Shown here piece after piece: positions 47,316 to 55,608 of a stretch of DNA of 64,000 nucleotides (position 1 is the first letter of the stretch; every line of letters begins with the position of its first letter). The translations under genes and the position numbers were made by a program. This DNA is from Acidobacteriaceae bacterium (GTDB lineage: Bacteria; Acidobacteriota; Terriglobia; Terriglobales; Acidobacteriaceae): positions 35,546 through 99,545 of the forward strand of contig DATAWK010000036.1 of assembly GCA_036267255.1 (NCBI GenBank), in the 5' to 3' direction. The notes below the pieces were generated by a model. That model was not told where the DNA came from and made no database searches. It saw nothing but the letters and a program-made list of their open reading frames with translations.

Positions 47316-48548
47316 TCAAACATCCTGCATATATTCTTTTGGAACCATCAAGCCGTCGATGCCTCTGCGCGCAAAGCGATTGGCTTCGGTGCCCGGTATT
47401 GCAGGCACGGCCATCGCGACCGAGTTTTTCATCACCTTATCGAAAGCCGTCTGAAATCGGCTCATTTCTTCCTGCGTTCCAACCGTGATGCGTACATACG
47501 TCGGCATGACCGGCCAGATGCGACCGATGTAAACATTTTGCGCGGCCATCGCTGTCTGAACCTCTTTGCCCGGGCGCTTGGTATTCAGCATGAAGCAGTT
47601 GCTCTCCGACGAAATGTACGAGTAACCATTCCGATCGAGCCACGCAAAAACAGAAGAGCGCACCTGCGCGTTGGCGAGCTTGCGCTGCGGCACCAGGTCC
47701 GGGTCCAGCAAGCTGGCCTTGGCCGCGGCGCATGCGGTCACCGGCATCGCATCCCATCCGCTGAAGGCCAGCACGCGAGTCATAATGTCGGGACGCGCCA
47801 CGATACATCCGCAACGCAGGCCGGCCATCCCATAGGCCTTCGAGAATGTGCGCAGCACGATGATCTCCCGGCTCGCCTTCACCAGATCGAGCACCGTCGT
47901 CCCGTCGGAAAAATGGATGTACGCCTCGTCCACCATCACGACAGAGCCTCTGGGCTTGTTCGCGACCAGGTATTCGATGTCGGCATGGCTGGTCATCGTG
48001 CCGGTTGGATTATTTGGCGAGCAGACATAGAAGAGGCCTGCATCCGGTGCGGCCGCCAGCATGGCTTTCACATCGTGCGCATAGGTTTTGGTCAGGGGAA
48101 CTTTGACAATGCGCGCCCCGGACGATTTGCTCGCATACATACCGGCCTCATATCCAGGATCGGCGGTGACATAACTTCGTGTAGGCGACGTATAAGCCAG
48201 AACGGCATAGTGCAGCGGCAGGCTGGAGCCGGGAAAGAACTTCACATACTCCGGTGGAACTCCCTGCTGCGTGGCCAGAATCTTCTCCACTTCATCCGCA
48301 TTCCACAACGCGTAACGGCCGCCCAGGGGCACCACGTTCATAGCCGCCTGACGCGCCTTCAGCGATGGCCCCCGCGGGTTTTCATTGGCGTTGATCATGA
48401 CAGCGCCGTGAGCCGGTTCCGTGTCCATGTCATCGCGCGCCAGGGCCGCTTCCGTCGATACGCCAAAGGCGGCGGCAATCGATGCCGCGGTGGATAGTTG
48501 CAGAAACGACCTGCGGGAAACACCGGAAAGAACGCCGTTACGCGCCAT
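47316..48548 (-). CDS. Tat-signal-bearing PLP-dependent aminotransferase (HisC-like, class I/II)
   Basis: ORF 47316..48722 trimmed to the ATG at 48548. MARNGVLSGVSRRSFLQLSTAASIAAAFGVSTEAALA is a consensus twin-arginine signal. The body has INANENPRGPS, NPNNPTG, VMVDEAYIHF and RTFSKAYGMAGLRCG (the PLP-lysine context). Confidence 0.8.
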   Translation of the reverse strand: MARNGVLSGVSRRSFLQLSTAASIAAAFGVSTEAALARDDMDTEPAHGAVMINANENPRGPSLKARQAAMNVVPLGGRYALWNADEVEKILATQQGVPPEYVKFFPGSSLPLHYAVLAYTSPTRSYVTADPGYEAGMYASKSSGARIVKVPLTKTYAHDVKAMLAAAPDAGLFYVCSPNNPTGTMTSHADIEYLVANKPRGSVVMVDEAYIHFSDGTTVLDLVKASREIIVLRTFSKAYGMAGLRCGCIVARPDIMTRVLAFSGWDAMPVTACAAAKASLLDPDLVPQRKLANAQVRSSVFAWLDRNGYSYISSESNCFMLNTKRPGKEVQTAMAAQNVYIGRIWPVMPTYVRITVGTQEEMSRFQTAFDKVMKNSVAMAVPAIPGTEANRFARRGIDGLMVPKEYMQDV

Positions 48549-48876
48549 GCTTACACTCCTGATTCTGTGAAATCTTCTCTTGCACACCATAGTAACGTTG
48601 GCCCTGCGGGCTGCCGCAGGAATCTTTCTTTGCGACCTGCTTATCCACACTCTCCACATCCGTCCACGAAACTTGCACCACTCTTGCGCCTTGCCGTCGC
48701 CGCATCGTGCGCGTAGGGTCAAGTTTCAGTCAAAGAAATCCAGGTGCTGTCACGAAAACTTTGTACAGAAATCCGCTCGCCAAGCCGCCTCCCGGAGACT
48801 TCCACAGGCGTTTCCCTGTAAATCGGCCCGGAACGGGAGGGTTTACACTATAAATACAAGATGTTGTGGTTAATAC

Positions 48877-48905
48877 TTGACACGCCCAACAGACAGCGGT
48901 AAGTT
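48877..48905 (+). promoter_or_regulatory. Candidate sigma70-type promoter of nrdJ
   Basis: TTGACA at 48877-48882, a 17-nt spacer, then TAAGTT at 48900-48905. This implies a leader of about 200 nt before the ATG at 49107. Confidence 0.4.
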
Positions 48906-48936
48906 TCCCTCTGCAGGCCAATATTTTTCTGGCATT

Positions 48937-48984
48937 AACAAACTTCCACCCCCTGAAATATCCGGTGGAAGCAACTTGTTTTTT
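48937..48984 (+). promoter_or_regulatory. Leader hairpin followed by a U-run (possible attenuator) in the nrdJ 5' UTR
   Basis: CTTCCACC (48943-48950) pairs with GGTGGAAG (48964-48971). AACAA/TTGTT could extend the stem, and TTTTTT lies at 48979-48984. Confidence 0.35.
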
Positions 48985-49106
48985 GACAGCTATTTACGGG
49001 CCGAGCGGTATTTTGTATCGGACATACCGGTTCTTGCACCGCAAATCTCCGCCGGAACGGCGGCGCGTAAGCAAGGCCAGACATCTAATTCCCAGGAGAC
49101 CCCCCG

Positions 49107-52100
49107 ATGGCCGAAACCACCCAGAAAAAATCTGCCGCAGCCAACGGCACTGCATCGAACGGCGCTGGAACCAGCGCCACCGTCACCCCGGCAAAGAAGG
49201 CCGCCGGTCTCGCCTTCTCGCGCTTTTTCAGCAAGTCCAGTGTCTCGCCTTATGACGAAGTTACCTGGGAGCGCCGCACCGCCAGCATTACCGATTCCAA
49301 AGGCAACAGCATTTTTGAGCAGAAAGACGTCGAGGTTCCCGCCGACTGGTCCATGACCGCGACCAATATCGTCGCCAGCAAGTATCTGCATGGACAAATG
49401 AACACGCCGGAACGCGAAACAGGCGTACGCCAGTTGATTGCGCGCGTGGCCGAGACCATCCGCGACTGGGGCATGCTGGGCGGCTATTTCGCGTCCGCCG
49501 AAGACGCGGCCATCTTCCATGATGAGTTGGCGCACCTGTTGGTAAATCAGAAGGTCGCCTTCAACTCCCCGGTCTGGTTCAACGTCGGCTGCGACCGGCT
49601 GGAGCCGAATTCCGACGCCCAGAACTGGCACTGGAATCCGCACACCTGCGCCGTGGAATTTTCTGTCACAGGCTATCGCAGTCCGCAGTGCTCGGCCTGC
49701 TTCATCAACTCTGTGCAGGACTCGCTGGATTCCATCCTGACCCTGGCCAAGACCGAAGGCATGCTGTTCAAATGGGGCTCCGGCACAGGCAGCAACCTGT
49801 CCGCCATTCGCGGATCGACGGAGAATCTCTCCGGCGGCGGCGTGGCCAGCGGCCCGCTCAGCTTCATGCGCGGCTTCGATGCCTTCGCCGGCGTCATCAA
49901 GTCCGGCGGCAAAACCCGGCGCGCGGCCAAGATGGTCATCCTGAACGTGGACCATCCGGACATCGTCGACTTTATTGAGTGCAAATCCAAGGAAGAAGCC
50001 AAGGCATGGACATTGATGCAGGCTGGCTATGACGGATCGGGCCCGGACTCGGAGGCCTTCACGTCGATCTTCTTCCAGAACGCCAATAACTCCGTGCGCG
50101 TGACCGATGAGTTCATGCGCGCCGTGGAGCGCGATGGCGAATTCACCACGCGCAAAGTAAAAGATGGCACGCCCTTCTATACCTATAAGGCGCGGGACCT
50201 GATGCACAAAATTGCCGAGGCAACATGGCAGTGCGGCGACCCCGGCATGCAATACGACACCACCATCAACAAGTGGCATACGTCCAAGAACACCGGCCGC
50301 ATCAATGCGTCGAACCCCTGCTCGGAGTACATGTTTCTGGATGATTCGGCCTGCAACCTGGCCAGCTTCAATCTGATGAAATTTGTAACCCAGGCAGGCA
50401 CATTTGACGTGGTCGCCTATCGGCATGCCGTGGATGTGATGATTACGGCGATGGATATCCTGATCGACAACTCCGGGTATCCGACCGAAGCGATTGGGAA
50501 AAATTCGCACGATTATCGCCCGCTCGGTTTGGGCTATGCCAATCTGGGTGCCCTTCTGATGGCCTTCGGTCTGCCGTATGATTCCGACGCCGGTCGCGAC
50601 TTTGCTGCCTGCCTGACATCCATCATGTGCGGCGAAGCGTATCTGCAATCCGCACGCGTGGCAGAGCAGTGTGCGGCGCTGCCGTCGGCCACGCCGCTCA
50701 CGCAATCCGTAACCCGCGAAGGCGGAGCGTGCCCCGGCTTCTACGTTAACCGCGAGCCATTTCTGGACGTTATCCGCATGCATCGCGCCGAGGTGAACAA
50801 GATCGGCAGCTCCCGCACCAGCGAGGAGCCGTTCAGCGTGCCGCAGCTCGACGCACTGATCGACGCCAGCCGCGACTGCTGGGACAAGGCGCTCGCGCAC
50901 GGCGAAAAATTCGGCTATCGCAACTCACAGGTCACCGTGCTGGCGCCTACCGGAACCATCGGCTTCATGATGGATTGCGACACCACAGGCGTAGAGCCGG
51001 ATCTTGCGCTCGTAAAGTACAAGAAGCTGGTCGGCGGCGGCATGATCAAGATCGTGAACAACACCGTGCCTGCGGCCCTCTTCAAGCTCGGCTACAACAA
51101 CGATCAGGTCGATGCCATCGTCAGCTACATTGACGCGACCGGCACCATCGAAGGCGCGCCGGGCATCAAGCCGGAGCATCTGGCCGTCTTCGATTGCAGC
51201 TTTAAACCCGCCAAGGGCACGCGCACCATCCATTACATGGGCCATGTGCGCATGATGGCTGCCACGCAGCCGTTCCTGTCGGGTGCGATCTCAAAGACCG
51301 TCAACCTGCCCAACGATGCCACGGTGGACGACATCGCCGAAGCCTACATGGAATCCTGGCGGCAGGGCCTGAAGGCCGTGGCTGTGTACCGCGATGGGTC
51401 GAAGGGCGTGCAGCCGCTGAATGTGGGCGACGGCAAGGACGCGAAGGACCAGAAGAGTTCGCGCAACAACACGGCGCTGGATGCTGTGGCCGCGCAGACA
51501 CTGGCTGCACTGGCACGCACACCGCTCGATACGGCGGCCTTTGAATCGATGTTGACGCAACTCGCAGCCAGCTCGGCAGCCACCGTTTCGGTTCCGGCAG
51601 TATCGGTCGAAACAGCGGCGCGCACCGCACTGCAGATGGCTTCGGCAACGTTCCAGACGCAGCAGGATCCCAGCGCACCGCCGCGCACCGTGCGCCATCG
51701 CCTGGCCGAGGAGCGTGCCTCGCTGACGCACAAGTTCTCCATCGCCGGGCATGAGGGTTACATCACCGTTGGGCTTTATCCCAACGGCCAGCCCGGGGAG
51801 ATTTTTATCCGCATGGCCAAGGAAGGCTCCACGGTCAGCGGCTTGATGGACGCTTTCGCGACGGCGATTTCCCTTTCGCTGCAACACGGCGTGCCGCTCA
51901 AAGTGCTCTGCGAGAAGTTTGCGCATACACGCTTTGAACCCTCCGGATGGACCGGCAATGAGCAGATCGGCTTTGCCAAGTCCATCATGGATTACATCTT
52001 CCGCTGGCTGCAGCTGCGCTTCCTGTCCGGTCATCAATTGCCGTTGTTTGCCGGACTGGCCGGAGTGGGACAACCCGCTGCACCAACCCCGGCAACTGAA

Positions 52101-52379
52101 GCGGCTGCAACACCGCAAATGCCATCCCGCGGCATGGGCGCAACCTCTGCACCGCTCGCCGGAATTGCACCGGAGATTCGCGCCAGCGTTGCGGAGGCAG
52201 ACGCAGGCACAAGCGGCGTGCATCTGGAAGATCGCGGCCTGTACCATGCTGCCGACGCCATGCGTGCCTATGTCGACATGGGCGACGCACCCAGCTGCCA
52301 CACCTGCGGAGCCATTATGGTTCGTAACGGTAGCTGTTACAAATGCGTGGAATGCGGCAGCACCAGCGGCTGCAGTTAG
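49107..52379 (+). CDS. nrdJ: Adenosylcobalamin-dependent ribonucleoside-diphosphate/triphosphate reductase, class II
   Basis: 1090 aa with an AGGAGA RBS. The class II motifs are FNSPVWFNVG, ASNPCSEYMFLDDSACNLASFNL and TVLAPTGTIGFMMDCDTTGVEPD, plus the C-terminal Cys cluster CHTCGAIMVRNGSCYKCVECGSTSGC. Confidence 0.93.
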   Translation: MAETTQKKSAAANGTASNGAGTSATVTPAKKAAGLAFSRFFSKSSVSPYDEVTWERRTASITDSKGNSIFEQKDVEVPADWSMTATNIVASKYLHGQMNTPERETGVRQLIARVAETIRDWGMLGGYFASAEDAAIFHDELAHLLVNQKVAFNSPVWFNVGCDRLEPNSDAQNWHWNPHTCAVEFSVTGYRSPQCSACFINSVQDSLDSILTLAKTEGMLFKWGSGTGSNLSAIRGSTENLSGGGVASGPLSFMRGFDAFAGVIKSGGKTRRAAKMVILNVDHPDIVDFIECKSKEEAKAWTLMQAGYDGSGPDSEAFTSIFFQNANNSVRVTDEFMRAVERDGEFTTRKVKDGTPFYTYKARDLMHKIAEATWQCGDPGMQYDTTINKWHTSKNTGRINASNPCSEYMFLDDSACNLASFNLMKFVTQAGTFDVVAYRHAVDVMITAMDILIDNSGYPTEAIGKNSHDYRPLGLGYANLGALLMAFGLPYDSDAGRDFAACLTSIMCGEAYLQSARVAEQCAALPSATPLTQSVTREGGACPGFYVNREPFLDVIRMHRAEVNKIGSSRTSEEPFSVPQLDALIDASRDCWDKALAHGEKFGYRNSQVTVLAPTGTIGFMMDCDTTGVEPDLALVKYKKLVGGGMIKIVNNTVPAALFKLGYNNDQVDAIVSYIDATGTIEGAPGIKPEHLAVFDCSFKPAKGTRTIHYMGHVRMMAATQPFLSGAISKTVNLPNDATVDDIAEAYMESWRQGLKAVAVYRDGSKGVQPLNVGDGKDAKDQKSSRNNTALDAVAAQTLAALARTPLDTAAFESMLTQLAASSAATVSVPAVSVETAARTALQMASATFQTQQDPSAPPRTVRHRLAEERASLTHKFSIAGHEGYITVGLYPNGQPGEIFIRMAKEGSTVSGLMDAFATAISLSLQHGVPLKVLCEKFAHTRFEPSGWTGNEQIGFAKSIMDYIFRWLQLRFLSGHQLPLFAGLAGVGQPAAPTPATEAAATPQMPSRGMGATSAPLAGIAPEIRASVAEADAGTSGVHLEDRGLYHAADAMRAYVDMGDAPSCHTCGAIMVRNGSCYKCVECGSTSGCS

Positions 52380-52649
52380 TCTCACCTTCAGCGGCTTCGC
52401 CTGCATTGTGCGGAGCCGCTGAAAATACAAATCTTCATCAAAATTTGCCCGGTGTCGCCGACCCAGAACTGGCTGGCCGTACGTCGAACTTCGCGATTTC
52501 ATCGTGCGACCGTGCGATGGTACATCTCCGTGAATGCCTGTGAAACCCGACACCCATCCCTTGCTCACCATCAAAATCCAGCATTCCGAATGGCCGGGGA
52601 TGTGTCCTAATCTCCGTTTGCAGAAACCGCCCTGGATTGCAATGCCGAG

Positions 52650-53009
52650 ATGCAGCTATTCAAAAATAGAACTTTTGGACTAGACTTAAGCTGCGTGAAC
52701 GCAGGACCTTTGCAGTATCCCCAAAAGGGATCGGATCAAAAACGAATCTGGCGTCTCGTGTTCCCCATAGCGCTTTTGGCGTTATTGATAGGAACAACGC
52801 TTGGAGGGGTCTGGCATCATCATGCCAATTCCTCTTCTGCCGATACATGCCCGATCTGCCAACTGAGCCATCAGGCGATCGAACCGCCACGTGCGGGCAT
52901 TTGTGTCAACACGCTCGTTCTTATCGGCACTCGACCGGAACCTCAGTACACCAGCTTCACTTCGAGTTCGGACATCCGGCACATTCCCCCGCGCGCGCCT
53001 CCCGCATAG
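52650..53009 (+). CDS. Small membrane-anchored protein with HHH and CPxC motifs (DUF2946-like?), upstream of the czc operon
   Basis: 119-aa ORF with one TM helix (LVFPIALLALLIGTTLGGVW), followed by HHHANSSSADTCPICQLSH. It lies 73 nt upstream of czcC on the same strand. The start codon is uncertain. Confidence 0.45.
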   Translation: MQLFKNRTFGLDLSCVNAGPLQYPQKGSDQKRIWRLVFPIALLALLIGTTLGGVWHHHANSSSADTCPICQLSHQAIEPPRAGICVNTLVLIGTRPEPQYTSFTSSSDIRHIPPRAPPA

Positions 53010-53082
53010 CAAATCCATGTCTTCCGTGCATGCTTCGGCATGCCCATCTGTGTACGCCCTCCTTATAGAAGGCTGACTGCCC

Positions 53083-54414
53083 ATGCGTTTCCAACGTTTG
53101 TGTTTTCTAATTTTGTTTGTTGCAGTGTTGTTTCCCGGGACTGCAGGGGCGCAATCCTCTCCTGCACAGCGCCCGTTGCCGTCCGCTCAGCACGCACAGG
53201 CGCTCGCCCAGAACCAACATGCCACGGTGATTCTTTCGCTCGACGACGCCATTCAGATGGCGATGCAGCACAATCACACCCTGCTGGCTGCCCGCACCAC
53301 CATCCAGCAGAGCCAGGCAGAAGAAAAGACCGCCAATCTACGTCCCAACCCAGTGGTCATGGGTGACGCGCAGTTTTTGCCGATCTTCCAGCCCAGTCAG
53401 TTCAGCGCCGATTACATCGACAACACGGCACAGTTCGACCTTGGCCTGAGCTATCTGTTTGAGCGGGGCAAGAAACGGCAACACCGTCTGCAGGCGGCCA
53501 GAGACGTGACGGCAGTAACGCGGTCGCTGGTCGCCGACAATGAGCGCAGCCTTACCTTCGGTGTTGCTACGCAATTCATCAACGTGGAGCTGGCGGAATC
53601 GACCCTTGCGCTGGCGATGCAGGATCAGAAGAGCTTTCAGAACACCGTAGACATTGGCGAAGCACGCTACAAAGCCGGCGACATCGGCGAAGATGACCTG
53701 CTGAAGATCAAGCTGCAGATGCTGCAGTTCCAGACCGACGTGTCGGCAGCACAGCTTGCCCGGGTTCAAGGATTGTCAGATTTGCGGCAACTGCTGGGAT
53801 ATGAATCGGTGCCCGCAGACTACGACGTGGCCGGTTCGTTCCAGTACGTGCCTGTCCAGGGAAACCTGGAAGACTTTCAGGCAAAAGCCTTGCTGACCAG
53901 GCCGGACCTGCGGGCAGCCGAACAAGGAGTCGCCGCGGCGAACAGCCAATTCCAATTGCAAAAGGCGATCGGCAAAAGAGATATCACGGGACAAGCCAGC
54001 TACACACACATCAGCTATACGAACAACATTTCCCTGTTCGGGCAAATCCAGCTGCCCATTTTCGATCGCAACCAGGGAGAAATTGCACGCGCCGGCTTCG
54101 CCATTACACAGGCGCAGCAGCAAGCGCAATTCGCGAATGGGCAGGTGCTGACGGATGTAAGAGATGCCTTCGAAAATTTGCGCAGCAATGACCAGGTCGT
54201 CAGCCTCTACCGCTCGGGCTATCTTGACGAGGCGCAGCAGTCTCGCGACATCAGCGAATATGCCTACAGGCACGGGGCGGCCAGCCTGCTGGATTTTCTC
54301 GATGCGGAGCGCAGCTATCGGGCCATCCAACTCAGCTACCGCCAGGCGCTGGCTTCTTACCTGCTTGCGCTCGAACAGCTTCGTGAAGCTGTAGGAACCA
54401 GGAGCTTGCCATGA
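53083..54414 (+). CDS. czcC: TolC-family outer-membrane efflux protein (CzcC-like)
   Basis: 443 aa. After the signal peptide MRFQRLCFLILFVAVLFPGTAGA come two OEP repeats with typical coiled-coil heptads. It overlaps the adaptor gene by 4 nt. Confidence 0.85.
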   Translation: MRFQRLCFLILFVAVLFPGTAGAQSSPAQRPLPSAQHAQALAQNQHATVILSLDDAIQMAMQHNHTLLAARTTIQQSQAEEKTANLRPNPVVMGDAQFLPIFQPSQFSADYIDNTAQFDLGLSYLFERGKKRQHRLQAARDVTAVTRSLVADNERSLTFGVATQFINVELAESTLALAMQDQKSFQNTVDIGEARYKAGDIGEDDLLKIKLQMLQFQTDVSAAQLARVQGLSDLRQLLGYESVPADYDVAGSFQYVPVQGNLEDFQAKALLTRPDLRAAEQGVAAANSQFQLQKAIGKRDITGQASYTHISYTNNISLFGQIQLPIFDRNQGEIARAGFAITQAQQQAQFANGQVLTDVRDAFENLRSNDQVVSLYRSGYLDEAQQSRDISEYAYRHGAASLLDFLDAERSYRAIQLSYRQALASYLLALEQLREAVGTRSLP

Positions 54415-55595
54415 CAATTCCATTGATTCCACGCCGCCACTGCAGGATCACAAGTTTCGTGGCGCTGGCTTTTGTATTTGCGCTCACAGCCTGCAGCTCG
54501 AAGGACCACGACCGGGAAAACCAGATGACGTCTTTTTCTGCAAGCGCCTCGAAGTCTGCGACGCCGCAGCTTTTCATCATTCCGCAAGACCAGCTGTCGC
54601 ACGTGCAAATCGTCACGGTTGAACCGACGAAATTGACGCGCACGCTTCGGCTTACGGGTGCCGTGGCGTACAACGCTTTCAAAACCACGCCGGTCATCAC
54701 GCAGGTTGGCGGACCCGTCACCCGGATTCTGGTAGTGCCGGGCCAGCATGTTACCGCAGGCCAGCCCATGCTGGACGTCAGCAGTCCCGACTATTCGCAG
54801 TTGCTGGATTCCTACTTGAAGGCAGCTGATTCTTATCGCCTGGCGGATAAAAATTACATCCGCGCAAAGGATCTATATCAGCACCATGCCATCGCCACGC
54901 GGGACCTTGAACAAGCGGAATCGGACCGCAACCAGGCCCAGGCAGACCTGAACGCAGCGGATGAGGGAATGAGAATTCTCGGCATCAAGAATCCTGCCAG
55001 TCTGGCCCAGGCGACGGCCTCGGCGCAGATTCCGGTGCTTGCTCCTCTCAGCGGAGAAGTTGTTGAGCGGCTCGTCTCACCCGGTCAGGTCGTGCAGGCT
55101 GGCCAGACGCAGGCCTTTACCATTTCCGACCTAAGCACAGTGTGGGTTCTGGCCAACGTCTATCAGGCGGACCTTGCCTACGTGCACAGCGGCGATGACG
55201 TCGTGGTACAAACGGACGCATATTCCGATCGCTTCCACGGAAGAATTTCTTATATCGCTCCGGCGCTCGACCCGAACACCAGAACGTTGCAGGCACGCAT
55301 CGTTGTGGACAATCCCGGCGAGAAATTGAAAAAAGATATGTACTGCACGGTCACCGTGACCGCAGGCTCGCTCTCAAACGTTATCGCCGTGCCAAATGCC
55401 TCGATATTGCGCGACGACAATAACCAGCCATTCGTGTATATGGCGATGAGCTCGAATCAATTTGGCCGACGCGACGTGGACGTGGGCGAAAGTCAGAATG
55501 GGCAAACGCAAATTCTCAAGGGCATTACCGCGGGAGAAAGGGTTGTGGGCGATGGCAGCCTGTTCCTTCAGTTTGCCAATTCGCTGCAACACTGA
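54411..55595 (+). CDS. czcB: RND efflux periplasmic adaptor (CzcB/HlyD family)
   Basis: Lipoprotein-like N-terminus (ALAFVFALTACSS), a biotinyl-lipoyl-like segment GRV..ILV.PGQHVTAGQPMLDVSSPD, a helical hairpin and beta-barrel domains. Confidence 0.85.
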   Translation: MTIPLIPRRHCRITSFVALAFVFALTACSSKDHDRENQMTSFSASASKSATPQLFIIPQDQLSHVQIVTVEPTKLTRTLRLTGAVAYNAFKTTPVITQVGGPVTRILVVPGQHVTAGQPMLDVSSPDYSQLLDSYLKAADSYRLADKNYIRAKDLYQHHAIATRDLEQAESDRNQAQADLNAADEGMRILGIKNPASLAQATASAQIPVLAPLSGEVVERLVSPGQVVQAGQTQAFTISDLSTVWVLANVYQADLAYVHSGDDVVVQTDAYSDRFHGRISYIAPALDPNTRTLQARIVVDNPGEKLKKDMYCTVTVTAGSLSNVIAVPNASILRDDNNQPFVYMAMSSNQFGRRDVDVGESQNGQTQILKGITAGERVVGDGSLFLQFANSLQH

Positions 55596-55608
55596 GGAGG
55601 CGGCTTAA

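Noticed and set aside
48730-49106. Cobalamin riboswitch upstream of the B12-dependent RNR.
   Set aside because: I could not find a B12-box-like sequence or the expected multi-stem architecture by eye. B12 riboswitches typically repress B12-independent isozymes rather than nrdJ. It is left as an unclassified structured leader pending a covariance-model scan.
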